Translations under genes and position numbers: made by a program
Shown here: positions 37,686-49,918 of the stretch, piece by piece
Layout: each line of letters begins with the position of its first letter
Numbering within the stretch: the stretch's first letter is position 1
The notes under the pieces: model-generated
The model's input: the letters and a program-made list of their open reading frames with translations, nothing else
What the model was told of the DNA's origin: nothing
The model's database searches: none
Assembly: GCA_038087875.1 (NCBI GenBank)
Contig: CM075987.1
Span: forward strand, 23,128,001-23,192,000
DNA: 64,000 bases
From: Malacoraja senta
Lineage: Eukaryota
Direction: 5' to 3'

Positions 37686-38227
37686 TTAACGGACACAGTT
37701 GCTCAGAGGCTGAGCCCTGTCTCACTGTGCACTTAGCATCTGTTGTGCCAAGTCATCGACCAATTTGTGCTGGATCTAAATTGAACAGTTCGATCTCTTC
37801 ACCTCCTCTGTCGAGCGCTCTCTAAGCTAAGTCAATATGTGTGTACACATGGCTGCAACCGAGTCCCCAGTGTGCCCGGACACGTACAATGTGCGAATTA
37901 CAGAGGGAGCTCTCCGCAAACTGATGGTTGACCTCATCACATCACGCGCCGTCTCATCCGCTTGTTGTCCTCCAGGTTACCGCACAGAGACATAAAACTC
38001 GCTTGGCAGTAAATCACTACCATCTCCAAACCTCCAACAAACATAGTACTAGATACATGGTGAAAAAGGCTCCGTACCAACCTTGCCTTCTGGCATACCC
38101 ATGGTATTCATCTGGAACGGGGTGGCGATTGCTCAAATATTAGACTGGTGCTGGGTGCTGGAACATGTAGCACTTTCTATTCTGGGTACAGTGTAATGTC
38201 CCTCCGTCCTGTACCATGGTGGTACAT

Positions 38228-38452
38228 ACTGTCTGTGCGGAGTTTGCACGTTCTCTCCGTGACCACGTGGGTTTTCTCCGGGTGCTCCGGTTTCCTCCCG
38301 CACTCTGAAGAGGTACAGGTTTGTAGGTTAATCAGCTTTAGCAAAAATTGTACATTGTCCCCAGTGTGTGTAGGATAGTGTTAGTGTATGGGGGTGATCA
38401 CTGGTCGGTGGGCCGAAGGGCCTGTTTCCACAATGTATCTCTAAAGTCTAAA
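38228..38452 (+). mobile_element. HE1-like V-SINE, 5' truncated
   Basis: ggagtttgcacgttctct...ggtttcctccc...gtgggccgaagggcctgtttcc. Confidence 0.85.
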
Positions 38453-38499
38453 GTATGAAGAGTCTTTACCTGGGTTTTGTTTCGTATGCATTGTTTTGT

Positions 38500-39003
38500 A
38501 TGGGGGGGACCTCACTGAAACTTACCCAATAGTGAAAGGCCTGGATGCAGTGGATGTGGAGAGGATGCTTCCAGTGGTGTGAGAGTCTAGGACAAGAGGC
38601 CACAGCCTCAGAATAAAAGGACGTACGCTTAGAAGGGAGACGAGGTGGAATTTCTTTAGTCAGAGGGTGGTGAATCTGTGGAATTAATTTGTGGAGGCAT
38701 AGTCACCGAGTATTTTTAAGCTATAAGAAGGAAGTGCAGATGCTGGTTTACACCGAAAATAGACACAAAATGCTGGAGTAACTCAGCGGGGCAGGCAGCA
38801 ACTCTGGAGAGAAGGAATAGGTGATGTTTCGGGTCGAGTCAGGGGAGATGGAAACTAGAGGCAGAGATTGAAAGATTCTTGATTAGTACGGGTGTCAGAG
38901 GTTCTGGTGAGAAGGCAGGAGAATGGGGTTGAGAGGGAAAGACAGATCAGCCATGGTGGAGTACACTTGATGGGCCGAATGGCCCAATTCTGCTGCTATA
39001 ACA
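38500..39003 (+). mobile_element. CR1 3' end with a Penelope terminal piece inserted (about 38724-38860)
   Basis: gagtctaggacaagaggccacagcctcagaat and gtggtgaatctgtggaatt motifs; tail gatgggccgaatggcc. Confidence 0.85.
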
Positions 39004-39529
39004 TGGATTTCGGAATTATTATTTAATTCTGATTAATCTTTATTTGTGAAATTAAAAATAAAGTTGGTTCTGGGTGGTGCAGAGCCGTGGGGCTGGAAGT
39101 ACAGGGGACTTCTGCTGTATAAATCCTCTGCAGAGGGTGGCGGAGGATAGAGCTGGGAGCTGGAGACGGCAGGAGCTCGACATGCTGCAGCAGGCGGCGA
39201 TGATAGAATCTAACCTTCTATTCCTTGCACAGCTCGAATAATCAAAGCCAGTGATTTGCGCCTCGGAGATTGGTTTAGGATTGATTATGCAGGGTGCGCA
39301 GTTATGAGAATTGATGTTTGAGGAGGAGGGTGTAACACGGTGGAGTGCGGAGCCTGGGGAGAGGGCAGCTTGCTTGATTCATTCCTGGCTTACGACTGAT
39401 TCCTTTCACTGACAGCCCGGTGAATTTAACAGCAGATTGATTTAGACTTGTAACAGGAGCAGCAACACAATCATCGGGACTTGCTTAAGTGTAATATACA
39501 CAGGAGCGGCTAAATGGGAAAAGCACCAT

Positions 39530-39650
39530 TAGCCAGCGACGGTGCCCATAGCAACCAATAATGCCTGTCACTGATATGCACTTTGGGAATGTAGCTCGGA
39601 AGATTTAACCCCGGGAGGGGCGGAAACCCAATCAGGAGTGAACAATCGCT
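39530..39650. promoter_or_regulatory. Candidate promoter or enhancer motif cluster
   Basis: RFX X-box-like GTGCCCATAGCAAC at 39542-39555, CCAAT at 39555 and 39628, GC box GGGGCGG at 39617, inside a repeat-free island. Confidence 0.35.
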
Positions 39651-40019
39651 CAATGGGAATGCTGGCCCATTGTTACAATTGCTTCTTGCTGTCCTGCAAA
39701 GGCCCCCAGGCTTGATAGGGGTTGGAGCAAAGGCTGGTTGACCATGAGGTGCTGACGTCTGATGAGGTCCCCAGTGCTGGGTTATCAGACCTTACAGGGT
39801 CTCCCACTTCAAACCTGTCTTCACACATCACAAGAGCATTCCAAAGACACTGCACAGCCAATGGTTTTTTTTTCTGCAACTCCTTTACATAGGAAAGGTG
39901 GAGCACATTTGATGCACAGCAGGATCCAACTAGCAGCAATGGGCTGAATGGCCACTTGTAGCTCTAACACTATGTTCTGCATGGTGTCATTGAATGATTC
40001 TTCACCTGCATAGCACGCA

Positions 40020-40180
40020 AGAGTCATACAGTGTAGAAACAGGCCCTTCCGGCCCAACTTGCCCATGCTGACCAACATGTCCCATCTACACCAGTCCCAT
40101 CTGGCTGCGTTTGGCCCATATCCCTCGAAACCAATCCTATCCATGTACTTGCCCAAATGTTTTTTTAAAGGTTGTGATAA
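40020..40180 (-). mobile_element. CR1 3' tail fragment
   Basis: gaaacaggcccttccggcccaacttgccc...tttggcccatatcc. Confidence 0.8.
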
Positions 40181-40940
40181 TCTCGTTCTCTCTTGATGGA
40201 CTATAGATCACCGTTCGAGCAGAGGAAAGAGATGAATAACAGCGAAGGGGATCAGACCAGATCTTGACCACCGTGTCGTCCAACGCTAGCAGAACCAAAG
40301 CCAAAGCCATTGGCGGGATTGGACCTGATTATCTTGGTTGTGAAGACCAATGATTATTATCCCCCGGGAGCTGAGCTCCATACAGACAGCACCCGTAGTC
40401 GGGATCGAACCCAGGTCTCTAAGTGCTGTAAGGCAGCAACTCTACCGCTGCGCCACCTTGCAGCCCCACAGAATGGCCTGCATTTTGCTACCTTGAAACA
40501 TCGCACAAACTTTACACCCAGTGAGGTACCATTTAGACTGCAGTCTCTGCAGGGATGAATGAAAGACTAATTATACACAGCAAGCTTCTAGTTTAGTGAA
40601 TGCCACATGACTTATTCCTTATTCATGATGGTTAATGAGCATATGTCGACCAGGACATGGGCAGATTTCCTCTGGATTTTTCTGTGTGTTACCACAGGGT
40701 CTTTTACATCCAGAGATAGAAGGAACTCTGATAGCACATCCTCAGCAGGCCAGCATGTCCACCTACATTTTATGTTCAATGTTCTGGACTGGGAATTGAG
40801 TTCATGACTTTTGAAATCAGAATGAAGAATGTTACCCATTGAAACAAACTACCCGAATGAGAACTGATAGACAATGTAGATGAAACTCCATACCCCCTCC
40901 CACCCCATCCCCCCTCCTACATTCCTTCCTCAGTCTTCAC

Positions 40941-41346
40941 CAAAGATCCTATAGCGGAGCAAGATAGATTACTTCTTCTAAATGCAATGGGCTGACGTGT
41001 AGTACGCAACGGAACTGAACGTGGGCCTTTTTTTCATCCATTTCCGTAACCCGGCCCGACCCGACCCGCAGTGTAATCAACGTTGCGGGGGAACAGTTTG
41101 TGTTAATAAATTAAAATTCTGAAAATGAGGAGAAGATTTTTCCCAAATAACTTTTATTTTTACGAGTATGTTTCCGTAACCGGCTTCCGTCTCTGCACCA
41201 GTTATCTTTGCTCCGCTATGGGATCTTTGGTGCGGAGACGGAAGCCGGTTACGGAAATGGGGCCGAAAATTACCCATCAATCTGCCCGTGACCCGTACTA
41301 CGTCTTTTTCGTCGAGTGGGCTATCTTGCTCGCAATAGGGTCTTTG
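40941..41346. mobile_element. hAT-type MITE, 406 bp
   Basis: TIRs caaagatcctatagcggagcaagatag and ctatcttgctcgcaatagggtctttg. 8-bp TSD gtcttcac at 40933-40940 and 41347-41354. Confidence 0.85.
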
Positions 41347-41663
41347 GTCTTCACCATTTGCAACTCTTCAAACCGTCTGCCTTCGTTCCAACAGTCGGCC
41401 TATCAAAAAAACCCACTCGCTTTTTGTTCACCAATTGCCGGCCACAGTTTATGCTTCCCAAAGATCATAAGGTAGAGCGTTCCGCACTATGATCTATGAT
41501 CTTTGATGCTGCCTCTTCTCTCTTCAAGCTTTCCAACCCCCTCCCCACCATTCCCCTTCGCAATCAGGTAGAAATGGAAGTGCGGCCACCCTAGGATCAG
41601 AATCTTCACCACAATGAAGAGAAATCTGAAACAATCCAGAGGAGGACAGGGAGACAGACGGAA

Positions 41664-42335
41664 ACATAAGGTCATAAGTGATAGGAGTAGAATTAGGCCA
41701 TTCGGCCCATCAAGTCTACTCCACCATTCAATCATTGCTAATCTATCTCTCCCTCCTAACCCCATTCTCCTGCCTTCTCCCCATAACCTCTGACACCCGT
41801 ACTAATCAAGAATCTATCTATCTCTGCCTTAAAAATATCCACCGACTTGGCCTCCACACCCTTCTGTGGCAAAGAATTCCACAGATTCACCACCCTCCGA
41901 CTAAAGAAATTTCTCCTCATCTCCTTCCTAAAAAGAACGTCCTTTAATTCTGAGGCCATGACCTCTCGCACTAGACTCTCCCACTAGTGGAAACATCCTC
42001 TCCACATCCGCTCTATCCAAGCCTTTCACTATTCTGTATGTTTCAATGAGGTCCCGCCCATCATTCTTCTAAACTCCAGCGAGTACAGGCCCAGTGCCGA
42101 CAAACGCTCATCATAGGTTAACCTACTCATTCCTGGGATCATTCTTGTAAACCTCCTCTGGACCCTCTCCAGAGCCAGCACATCCTTCCTCAGATACGGT
42201 GCCCAAAATAGCTCACAATATTCCAAATGCGGCCTCACCAACACCTTATAGAGCCTCAGCATCACATCCCTGTTTTTGTATGCAAGCACTTGAAATAAAT
42301 GCTGGCATTGAGTTTGCCTTCTTCACTACTGATTC
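41664..42335 (-). mobile_element. CR1 ORF2 C-terminus and 3' tail
   Basis: Encodes LYKVLVRPHLEYC..LERVQRRFTRMIPG and FFSRRVVNLWNSLP. Confidence 0.93.
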
Positions 42336-42754
42336 AATACCGAAACATGGAGGGTTCCAGGGAGATAAGGACATGGAAAGACGAGAAACATGCACAGACA
42401 CAAAGAGAGACAGATGAGGTGGGAAATGGATTTGGGACATGTATCAGCGAATGGGTTTAGGTGCAACATTATTGGGGCAGAATATTTTTGTGCAGAATTA
42501 GTCCATTTGATGCGCGAGATTGTTATTCACGCATTTTAATAGTTGATTGAATGAAATTTTAAAAAAGGTTTAAACAAGGAATTAGGGATCAAATCGCATG
42601 AAATGAGATTTGGATCTTAAGATTTAAAATTTAAAGGAATTAGGTTTTAGTCAGCGTTGGTGAGATAATTGGGAAACGCACCGACAGAACCGTGCTTTGT
42701 CAGTGGTGAAGACGAGGCTCTGATCTTATGCTTTAACCAGCGATGGAGTGAGCG

Positions 42755-43335
42755 GAATCATAATCGTACTTTTATTAGCCAAGTATCTTTTGCAACATAC
42801 AAAGAATTAGATTTGCCATACAGTCATACCAACAATAGCACCAAGATACACAACTACATAGAATTTAACATAAACATCCACCACAGCGGCTCCCCCACAT
42901 TCCCCACTGTGATGGAAGGCAATAAAGTCTTATCTTCTTCCTCCTTATTCTCCCACAGTCGGGGCAGTCGAACAATCTGCAGTTGGGGCGATGGGAGCTC
43001 CCGCGATTGGGGCGGTCGAAGTCGGTCCGTAACCGGGGACTGCGAGCTCTACGATGTTAAATCCGCAGGCTCCCATGGTTGGAGCTCCCGAAGTCGACCC
43101 CCTGCAAGAGGCCGCCAGCTCCTTGATGTTAGGCCGCAGCGCGGACGGAGTAACGATACGGAAATAGTCGCATCTCCGTTGGGGAAAGAGATTTAAAAAA
43201 ACTTTCCCCCGACCTCCACATAATACAAAACTAAAGATACACTAAAATATACATTTAGCAACAGGCTAAAAACAACAAAGAAGGAAAAAGACGAGACAGA
43301 CCGTTGGCGAGGCAGCCATCGTGGGCGCCACCAGG
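42755..43335 (-). mobile_element. Apparently full-length non-coding element with Rex1-type tail
   Basis: The minus strand starts ggtggcgcccacgatggctgcctcgcc, has a T-rich stretch and a CpG-rich body, and ends ttggctaataaaagtacgattatgatt. Confidence 0.7.
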
Positions 43336-43509
43336 TTGAATCTCAGCCCAGACGTGTGCAGTGAGCTATGACCCCACTCCCAGCTCCAGACACACTGGCA
43401 CAGGGGTGAGAAATGGTCAAAGTGCACCCTGGAGAAGCTCCCCTCCACCACCGGCCTTGACTCGCTCGCTCTGACTGACCATTAATGGTAGAAGTCCTCG
43501 GCTCAACCT

Positions 43510-44130
43510 GAGACCACAGCCTCAGAATAAAAGGACGTACCTTTCGGAAGGAGATGAGGAGGAATTTCTTTAGTCCGAGATTGGTGAATCTGTGGAATTC
43601 ATTTCCACAGACGGCTGTGGAGGCCAAGTCAATGGATATTTTTAAGGCAGAGATTTATAGATTCTTCATCAGCACGGGTGTCAGGAGTGATGGGGAGAAG
43701 GCGGGAGAATGGGGTTGAGAAGGAAAGTTAGATCAGCCATGGTTGAATGGCGGAGTAGACTTGATGGGCCCAATGGGCTGCCATCACTTAGGAATTTTTG
43801 AACCTTCCTCCTGAAATGTGCTTCCAAGAGGGTCCATATCACGGCTCCCACCCTCACGTTTTGTCCCCCGCCCATTGCTATTGAGGGAGTGCAGCGTAGG
43901 TTCACCAGGTTAATTCCCGGGTGGGCGGGACAGACATATGATGAAAGAATGGATTGACTGGGCTTATATTCACTGGAATTTAGAAGGATGAGTGGGGATC
44001 TTATAGAAACATGTGCAATTCTTAAGGGATTGGACAGGCTAGATGCAGGAAAAATGTTCCCAATGTTGGGGGAGTCCAGAACCAGGGGTCACAGTTTAAG
44101 AATATGGAGCAGGCCATTTAGGACTGAGAC
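43510..44130 (+). mobile_element. Two CR1 3' fragments
   Basis: gaccacagcctcagaataaaagg motif; encodes AIEGVQRRFTRLIPG and GESRTRGHSLRI. Confidence 0.88.
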
Positions 44131-44152
44131 TGAGGGCAGTCGCAGTGACACA

Positions 44153-44373
44153 GGGCGGTCACGGTGGCGCAGCGGTAGAGTTGCCGCCTTATAGCCAATG
44201 GAGCGCCGGAGACCCGGGTTCGATCTCGACTCCGGGTGCAGTCTGTACGGAGTTTGTACGTTCTCCTCGTGACCTGCGTGGGTTTTCTCCGAGATCTTCG
44301 GTTTCCTCCCACACTCCAAAGACGTACAGGGTTGTAGATTAATTGGCCTGGTGTAAAGGTAAAAAATAGTCCC
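44153..44373 (+). mobile_element. HE1-like V-SINE
   Basis: A box ggtggcgcagcggt, B box gggttcgatc and V-domain ggtttcctcccacactccaaaga. Confidence 0.9.
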
Positions 44374-44624
44374 TCAGATACATGCAGACTCAGCTGTCAG
44401 GGGCCCGGTCTCCTGATGCGATCATTCCTGGTTGTCAGATACTCCAGTTTTGACGTTTTCCCTGAATTGATGACATAGTCACTTCTGGCTGATCTTCCCC
44501 ACTCCCTGCCGACTCCAAGTGAGATTGTGATTTCCTTCAGCCTTTACATTCTTTCCACACAAATGCAGTGCAGTGTCAAAGTTTCAACGAGTTGCTTAAG
44601 AAAGCAATGGAGTTATAGTCAATG

Positions 44625-44982
44625 ACTGATCTTATAGTGGTGAACAAAATCCTGAGAGGAATAGATCGGGTAGATGCACAGAGTCTCTTCCCCAGAGTAG
44701 GTGAATCAAGAACCAGAGGACATAACCTTTAAGGTGAGGGAGGAAAGATTTAATAGGAATCTGAGGGCTGACTTTTCCACCCAGAGGGTGGTGGGTGTGT
44801 GGAACGAGCTGCTAGAGGAGGTAGTTGAGACAGTTAGTATCGCAATGTTTAAGAAACATTTGGACAGACACATGGATAGGAAAGATTTAGAGGGCTATGG
44901 GCCAAAGGCAGGCAGGTAGGATTAGTATAGATGGGACATGTTGGGCTGAAGGGCCAGTTTCCACGCTGTATCACTCTATGAT
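44625..44982 (+). mobile_element. CR1 (HER1-like) 3' end
   Basis: Encodes FSTQRVVGVWNELLEEVVE; tail gggctgaagggccagtttccacgctgtat. Confidence 0.85.
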
Positions 44983-45208
44983 TGCATACCCACCCTTGAG
45001 CATGGATGGGTTCTCTGACCTCCCTTCTAATTGGCGTGCACCAGTTTGAAGACCGCACCTCTTTATCCTGGACTCCCTCACCAGAATAAATTGGTTTCTG
45101 TCCTATGAAATGGTTTTACCATGTTTATAAGTTTCCAATAGATATTCTTGCCAGCTTTTGTATTTGTGCGCAGGATATGGACTTCACTCGGTAGACTTCA
45201 CCAGCCTC

Positions 45209-45890
45209 TAGATTCAGATTCAGATTCAACTTTATTGTCATTGTGCAGTGTACAGTACAGAGACAACGAAATGCAGTTAGCATCTCCCTAGAAGAGCGAC
45301 ATAAATATGAGCAGTAAATAAATAAATCTAATAAATCCTGGTGGGAGGAGTGTCCGGGGGGGGGGGGGGTGTGATTGGCAGTCACCGAGGTACAGTGTTG
45401 AGTAGTGTAACCGCCGCAGGGAAGAAGCTGTTCCTGGACCTGCTGGTCCGGCAACGGAGAGACCTGTAGCGCCTCCCGGATGGTAGGAGGGTAAACAGTC
45501 TGTGGTTGGGGTGAGAGCAGTCCTTGGCGATGCTGAGCGCCCTTCGCAGACAACGCTTGCTTTGGACAGACTCAATGGTGGGGAGTGAGGAACCGGTGAT
45601 GCGTTGGGCAATTTTCACCACCCTCTGCAGTGCTTTCCGGTCGGAGACAGAGCAGTTGCCATACCATACTGTGATGCAGTTGGTAAGGATGCTCTCGATG
45701 GTGCAGCGGTAGAAGTTCACCAGAATCCGAGGAGACAGATGGACCTTCTTTAGTCTCCTCAGGAAGAAGAGACGCTGGTGAGCCTTCTTGACCAGAGTTG
45801 AGGTATTGTTGGTCCAAGAGAGGTCATCGGAAATGTTGACCCCCAGGAACCTGAAGCTGGAAACACGTTCCACCTACTGTCCATCCCAAC
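45209..45890 (-). mobile_element. Young Rex1/Babar LINE 3' portion (RT C-terminus and 3' UTR)
   Basis: Stop-free 163-aa ORF: FRFLGVNISDDLSW..KKAHQRLFFLRRLKK..FYRCTIESILT.CITVWYG..LLPSGRRYRS..NSFFP. Tail gacaataaagtt(gaatct)n. Confidence 0.92.
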
Positions 45891-45929
45891 CGTTCACTGA
45901 CTGAGGACATTTGGGGATCTGCCCGTTTA

Positions 45930-46463
45930 CTGCCCCTAATTCGAGGAAGGACATTCTTGCTATTGAGGGAGTGCAGCGTAGGTTTACAAGGTTAATTCCC
46001 GGGATGGCGGGACTGTCATATGCTGAGAGAATGGAGCAGCTGGGCTTGTACACTCTGGAGTTTAGAAGGATGAGAGGGGATCTCATTGAAACATATAAGA
46101 TTGTTAAGGGTTTGGACACGCTAGAGGCGGGAAACATGTCCCCGATGTTGGGGGAGTCCAGAACCAGGGGCCACAGATTAAGAATAAGGAGTAAGCCATT
46201 TAGAACGGAGACGAGGAAACACTTTTTCTCACAGAGAGTGGTGAGTCTGTGGAATTCTCTGCCTCAGAGGGCGGTGGAGGCAGGTTCTCTGGATACTTTC
46301 AAGAGAGAGCTAGATAGGGCTCTTAAATATAGCGGAGTCACGGGATTTGGGGAGAAGGCAGGAACGGGGTACTGATTAGGGATGATCAGCCATGATCACT
46401 TTGAATGGCGGTGCTGGCTCGAAGGGCCGAATGGCCTACTCCTGCACCTATTGTCTATTGTCT
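45930..46463 (+). mobile_element. Young CR1 3' end with (ctattgt)n tail
   Basis: Stop-free RKDILAIEGVQRRFTRLIPG...GEKAGTGY. Near-identical to 56801-57233 and 61863-62347. Confidence 0.95.
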
Positions 46464-47204
46464 GTAACTGTGGGTATGGGATCATACGTGGGTGAGATTG
46501 GGTACAGACAGAAATGTCCTTCCCTGTACAGCAGGGAACCAGAAGAGCTTCGACAGCCATCATGTAGTTTCACCTCACTGGTAAAGATGTTCATTCCAAA
46601 TGTATTTAATTTAATCGATTCAGTCTTACGTCTCCAGATCGATAGCCCAGACCTGTAGATACCAATCCCGGTAAATCAAGCAGCGTGCTGCCGTGTCCCC
46701 AAGGAGATAGAGATAGAGTGAAATACTCACAGTTACACAGGTAAACACTTCTGAAACATGGCATGAGATTTACAGCCAGGAAACAGGCTGTTCGCTCCAT
46801 TTAAGACAATGCTGGAGTAACTCAGCGGGTCAGGCAGCATCTCTGGAGAGAAGGAATTGATGACATTTCTGGGTCGAGACCTTTCTTCTGTCTGAAGTGT
46901 GTACCTGCCTCTACCATTTTATCTGGCAGCTTGATCCACGTACGTACTATCCTCTGTGTGAAAACGCTGCCCCTGGGGTCACTTTTAAATCTTTCTCACC
47001 GTTTACTTTCCTTTAGCCTCTACCCTTTGTTGCTCTGTTTTGAAACTGTCCATGTGGACACTTGCTCTTAACTCTACACGCTCCAATCTTCGTAAAGTGC
47101 CCCCTGACTTACTCAAGGTCTTTTACAAACCCGAATACATGACGTCTACCACACCACCCTGGTCAACCCTCACTGCTGCGTCTTCACAAAATTCATAATC
47201 ACAA

Positions 47205-47600
47205 GCACACAATCACAATAACACTTTATTAGCCAAGTATGTTTTGCAACATACGAGGAATTTCATTTGCCAAGTCAGTCATACAAATAATAAGCAACTG
47301 AACACACAAAATCCTCTGCCTCAGAGGGCGGTGGAGGCAGGTTCTCTGGATGCTTTCAAGAGAGAGCTAGATAGGGCTCTTAAAGATAGCGGAGTCAGGG
47401 GATATGGGGAGAAGGCAGGAACGGGGTACTGATTGGGGATGATCAGCCATGATCACATTAAATGGCGGTGCTGGCTCGAAGGGCCAAATGGCCTACTCCT
47501 GCACCTATTGTCTATATTGTCTCTATAAAATACATTTTAACATAAACATCCACCACAGTGACTCCTCCACATTCCTGACTGTGATGGAAGGTGGAAAAAA
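47205..47600 (-). mobile_element. Rex1-tail non-coding element interrupted by a young CR1 tail (47312-47522, +)
   Basis: tttattagccaagtatgttttgcaacatac lies before the insert and aacataaacatccaccacag after it. Confidence 0.75.
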
Positions 47601-48159
47601 TAAAATTCAATGCAGATTTGTCAAGTTTTATCTTTCACTTTGAAACCACTGCCAGCAAATGTTCAATATGCTTTTGGCTTTTAAAGGTTTGCCTATTACA
47701 TCTTCGTACTGCATTTTACAATTTGGAACAAAACTTTCACCGTCAACAGCTTTGGGAGGAAAAAATTTCAGGAAAGCTTATTCGGATTGCTAAAATATTT
47801 ATATTCTTGAGTTAAATTTTTGTGCACAGATTCGATAGATCATGGGCTGACAGAATCGCTGATAAATTATTAATCGATATTTTTTGTTTTCCGTCTGCTC
47901 CAGTTCATTTATAGCTTCTAAAAACCAATAAAATATTCAGTAAACAGCATTTATTTTTTATCTTGATGATACTTAAGAACTGAGAGAGATAAGAAAGAAA
48001 TCTCTAGACATATTGAAGCTTATCTCCCCCGTCCCCGAACTCTCCCACTGAAGCTCAAGCCTTTAATCTCATAATTCTTCCTTCAACACAAATTACTCCG
48101 GCACACCAACTCCTCAATTGATGGCCTTATATTAAAGACCTAACAATACACATTCCTGT

Positions 48160-48660
48160 GCAAGAAGGAACTGCAGATGCTGGTTTACAACGAAGATAGA
48201 CACAAAATGCTGGAGTAACTCAGCGGGTCAGACAGCATCTCTGGAGAAAAGGAATAGGTGACGTTTCGGGTTGAGGCCCTTCATCCTAAAAGGGTGAAAA
48301 TCCTTTCCGTCCCCTGGCTCTCTTGTCAAAATGGATGGCACAGTGGCACAGGTGGTGGAGCTGATGTCTCACAGTGCCAGGGACCCGAGGTCAAACCTGG
48401 CCTCAGGTGCTGTCCGTGTGGAGTTTGCACGTTCTCCCTGTGACTGCGTGAGTTTCCTCTGGGTGTTCCGGTTCCTCCCACTTCCCAAAGACGTGCGGGT
48501 TTGGAGGTTGGTCGGCCTCCGTAAAATTTGCCTCGTTGTGTCGAGAGTGAATGCGAACGTGGGAGAACACAGAACTAATGTGAACGGGTGATCGATGGCT
48601 GGCATGGACCAAGTGGGCCGAAGGGCCTGTTTCCTTGTTGCATCTTTCAATCAATCAATC
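48160..48660. mobile_element. Penelope terminal piece (-; 48160-48285) followed by an HE1-like SINE (+; 48330-48660)
   Basis: Family signatures as in the other copies. Confidence 0.8.
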
Positions 48661-48861
48661 CCTCTAGTACACCATCTCCCATCACCGTACAACTCGATAA
48701 CGTTCCCAGTGCTACACTCTTACTGCATCCAACACCCCCCTTAATGTCCACCTTGTTGTTACTCTGACTTCCCCAAGAAAGCTAGTGCTCTAATTACATC
48801 CTCTCCCCCTCAAAGCCCATCTGCCCAGTCAACTCTAGCATCAGCTGCCTTTTCCACACAT

Positions 48862-49220
48862 ACAAAGGACAAAGGACATTTATTGCCACGTATACCCGTT
48901 GGTGTTGTGAAATTTGAGTTACCATTTGCAGCACACCAACAAAAATAAGACACAACATTAAAGAAGAATTTAACACCAAACATAAAAACACCCCCCCCCC
49001 CACAATGGTTCCCACTGTGAGGGAAGGCAACAAAGTCCAGTCCCCTTGTTCACCCATGGTCGGGCCTATCGAGGCCTCCGCAGTTGCCGCGACGGCGGCC
49101 CAATGTTACAGGCCCGCTCACCGGATGATGGAGCTCTGGTGTCGGGAGAAACACTCCCAGGAGCTTGGAGCGTCTGGAACGGCCGCCTCCTACCCAGAGA
49201 CCGCGGCTCCCAAAGTCCAC
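48862..49220 (-). mobile_element. Rex1-tail non-coding element, variant subfamily
   Basis: cccactgtgagggaaggcaacaaagtcc motif. The minus strand ends gtggcaataaatgtccttttgtcc. Confidence 0.6.
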
Positions 49221-49918
49221 ACTCACACATACAAATATACGCACATGCAGATACATGTACAAGCAGATATACACAATTGTACACAATCTTTGCACAGATA
49301 CTTATACACACACACAGGGAAACTCATGCATACACATCCACGAATAAATACAAATGCATTCTCATACTTAAAAACGAATATATTAATTGACACACTCATG
49401 GACCAACATATATACTGTACAGACACAAATATATATGCAATTAAGCACATCCACTCACAAATACATGCAAATTCACAAATGTACATATAGCCACACTCAG
49501 ATACATGGAAAGCCACATAATCTTTGGCAGAAAAGCACTGTCTGGTAATTAAGCCTTCTCTCTCTCTCCCTCTCTCACAGGTATAAACGCACACACACAC
49601 ATCCCCCAGTTTCACCAATTTATCAGGAGTATTGCCCACACAATACTTTCTCCCAATTGCAAATGATGATAAAGTAATGATGTGTGGACATTGTGTGATG
49701 TATAATTGATAGTGTGTTTGATCACAAACAGGTTTGTGGGCGATGTCTGGCGTGGTACGATGAATTATTCAGCACCGCCACACAGCTTTCAACTGAATCA
49801 ATTTTTAGTCCAAAACACCTGGGACAGAATCGAAAAGAAAAAGAGAACAAAAAAAAAAAATGTTCCGTGTAACATCATCTGACACGCTTATTTTGTGTTG
49901 AACAAATAGGGGTCACGG

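Noticed and set aside
44153..44240. tRNA gene calls for the A/B-box heads, here and in the other copies
   Set aside because: The heads run directly into SINE bodies and tails, so they are tRNA-derived SINE heads.
49767..49790. REST/NRSE site
   Set aside because: Only the left half (TTCAGCACC) matches; the GGACAG half is missing at canonical spacing.
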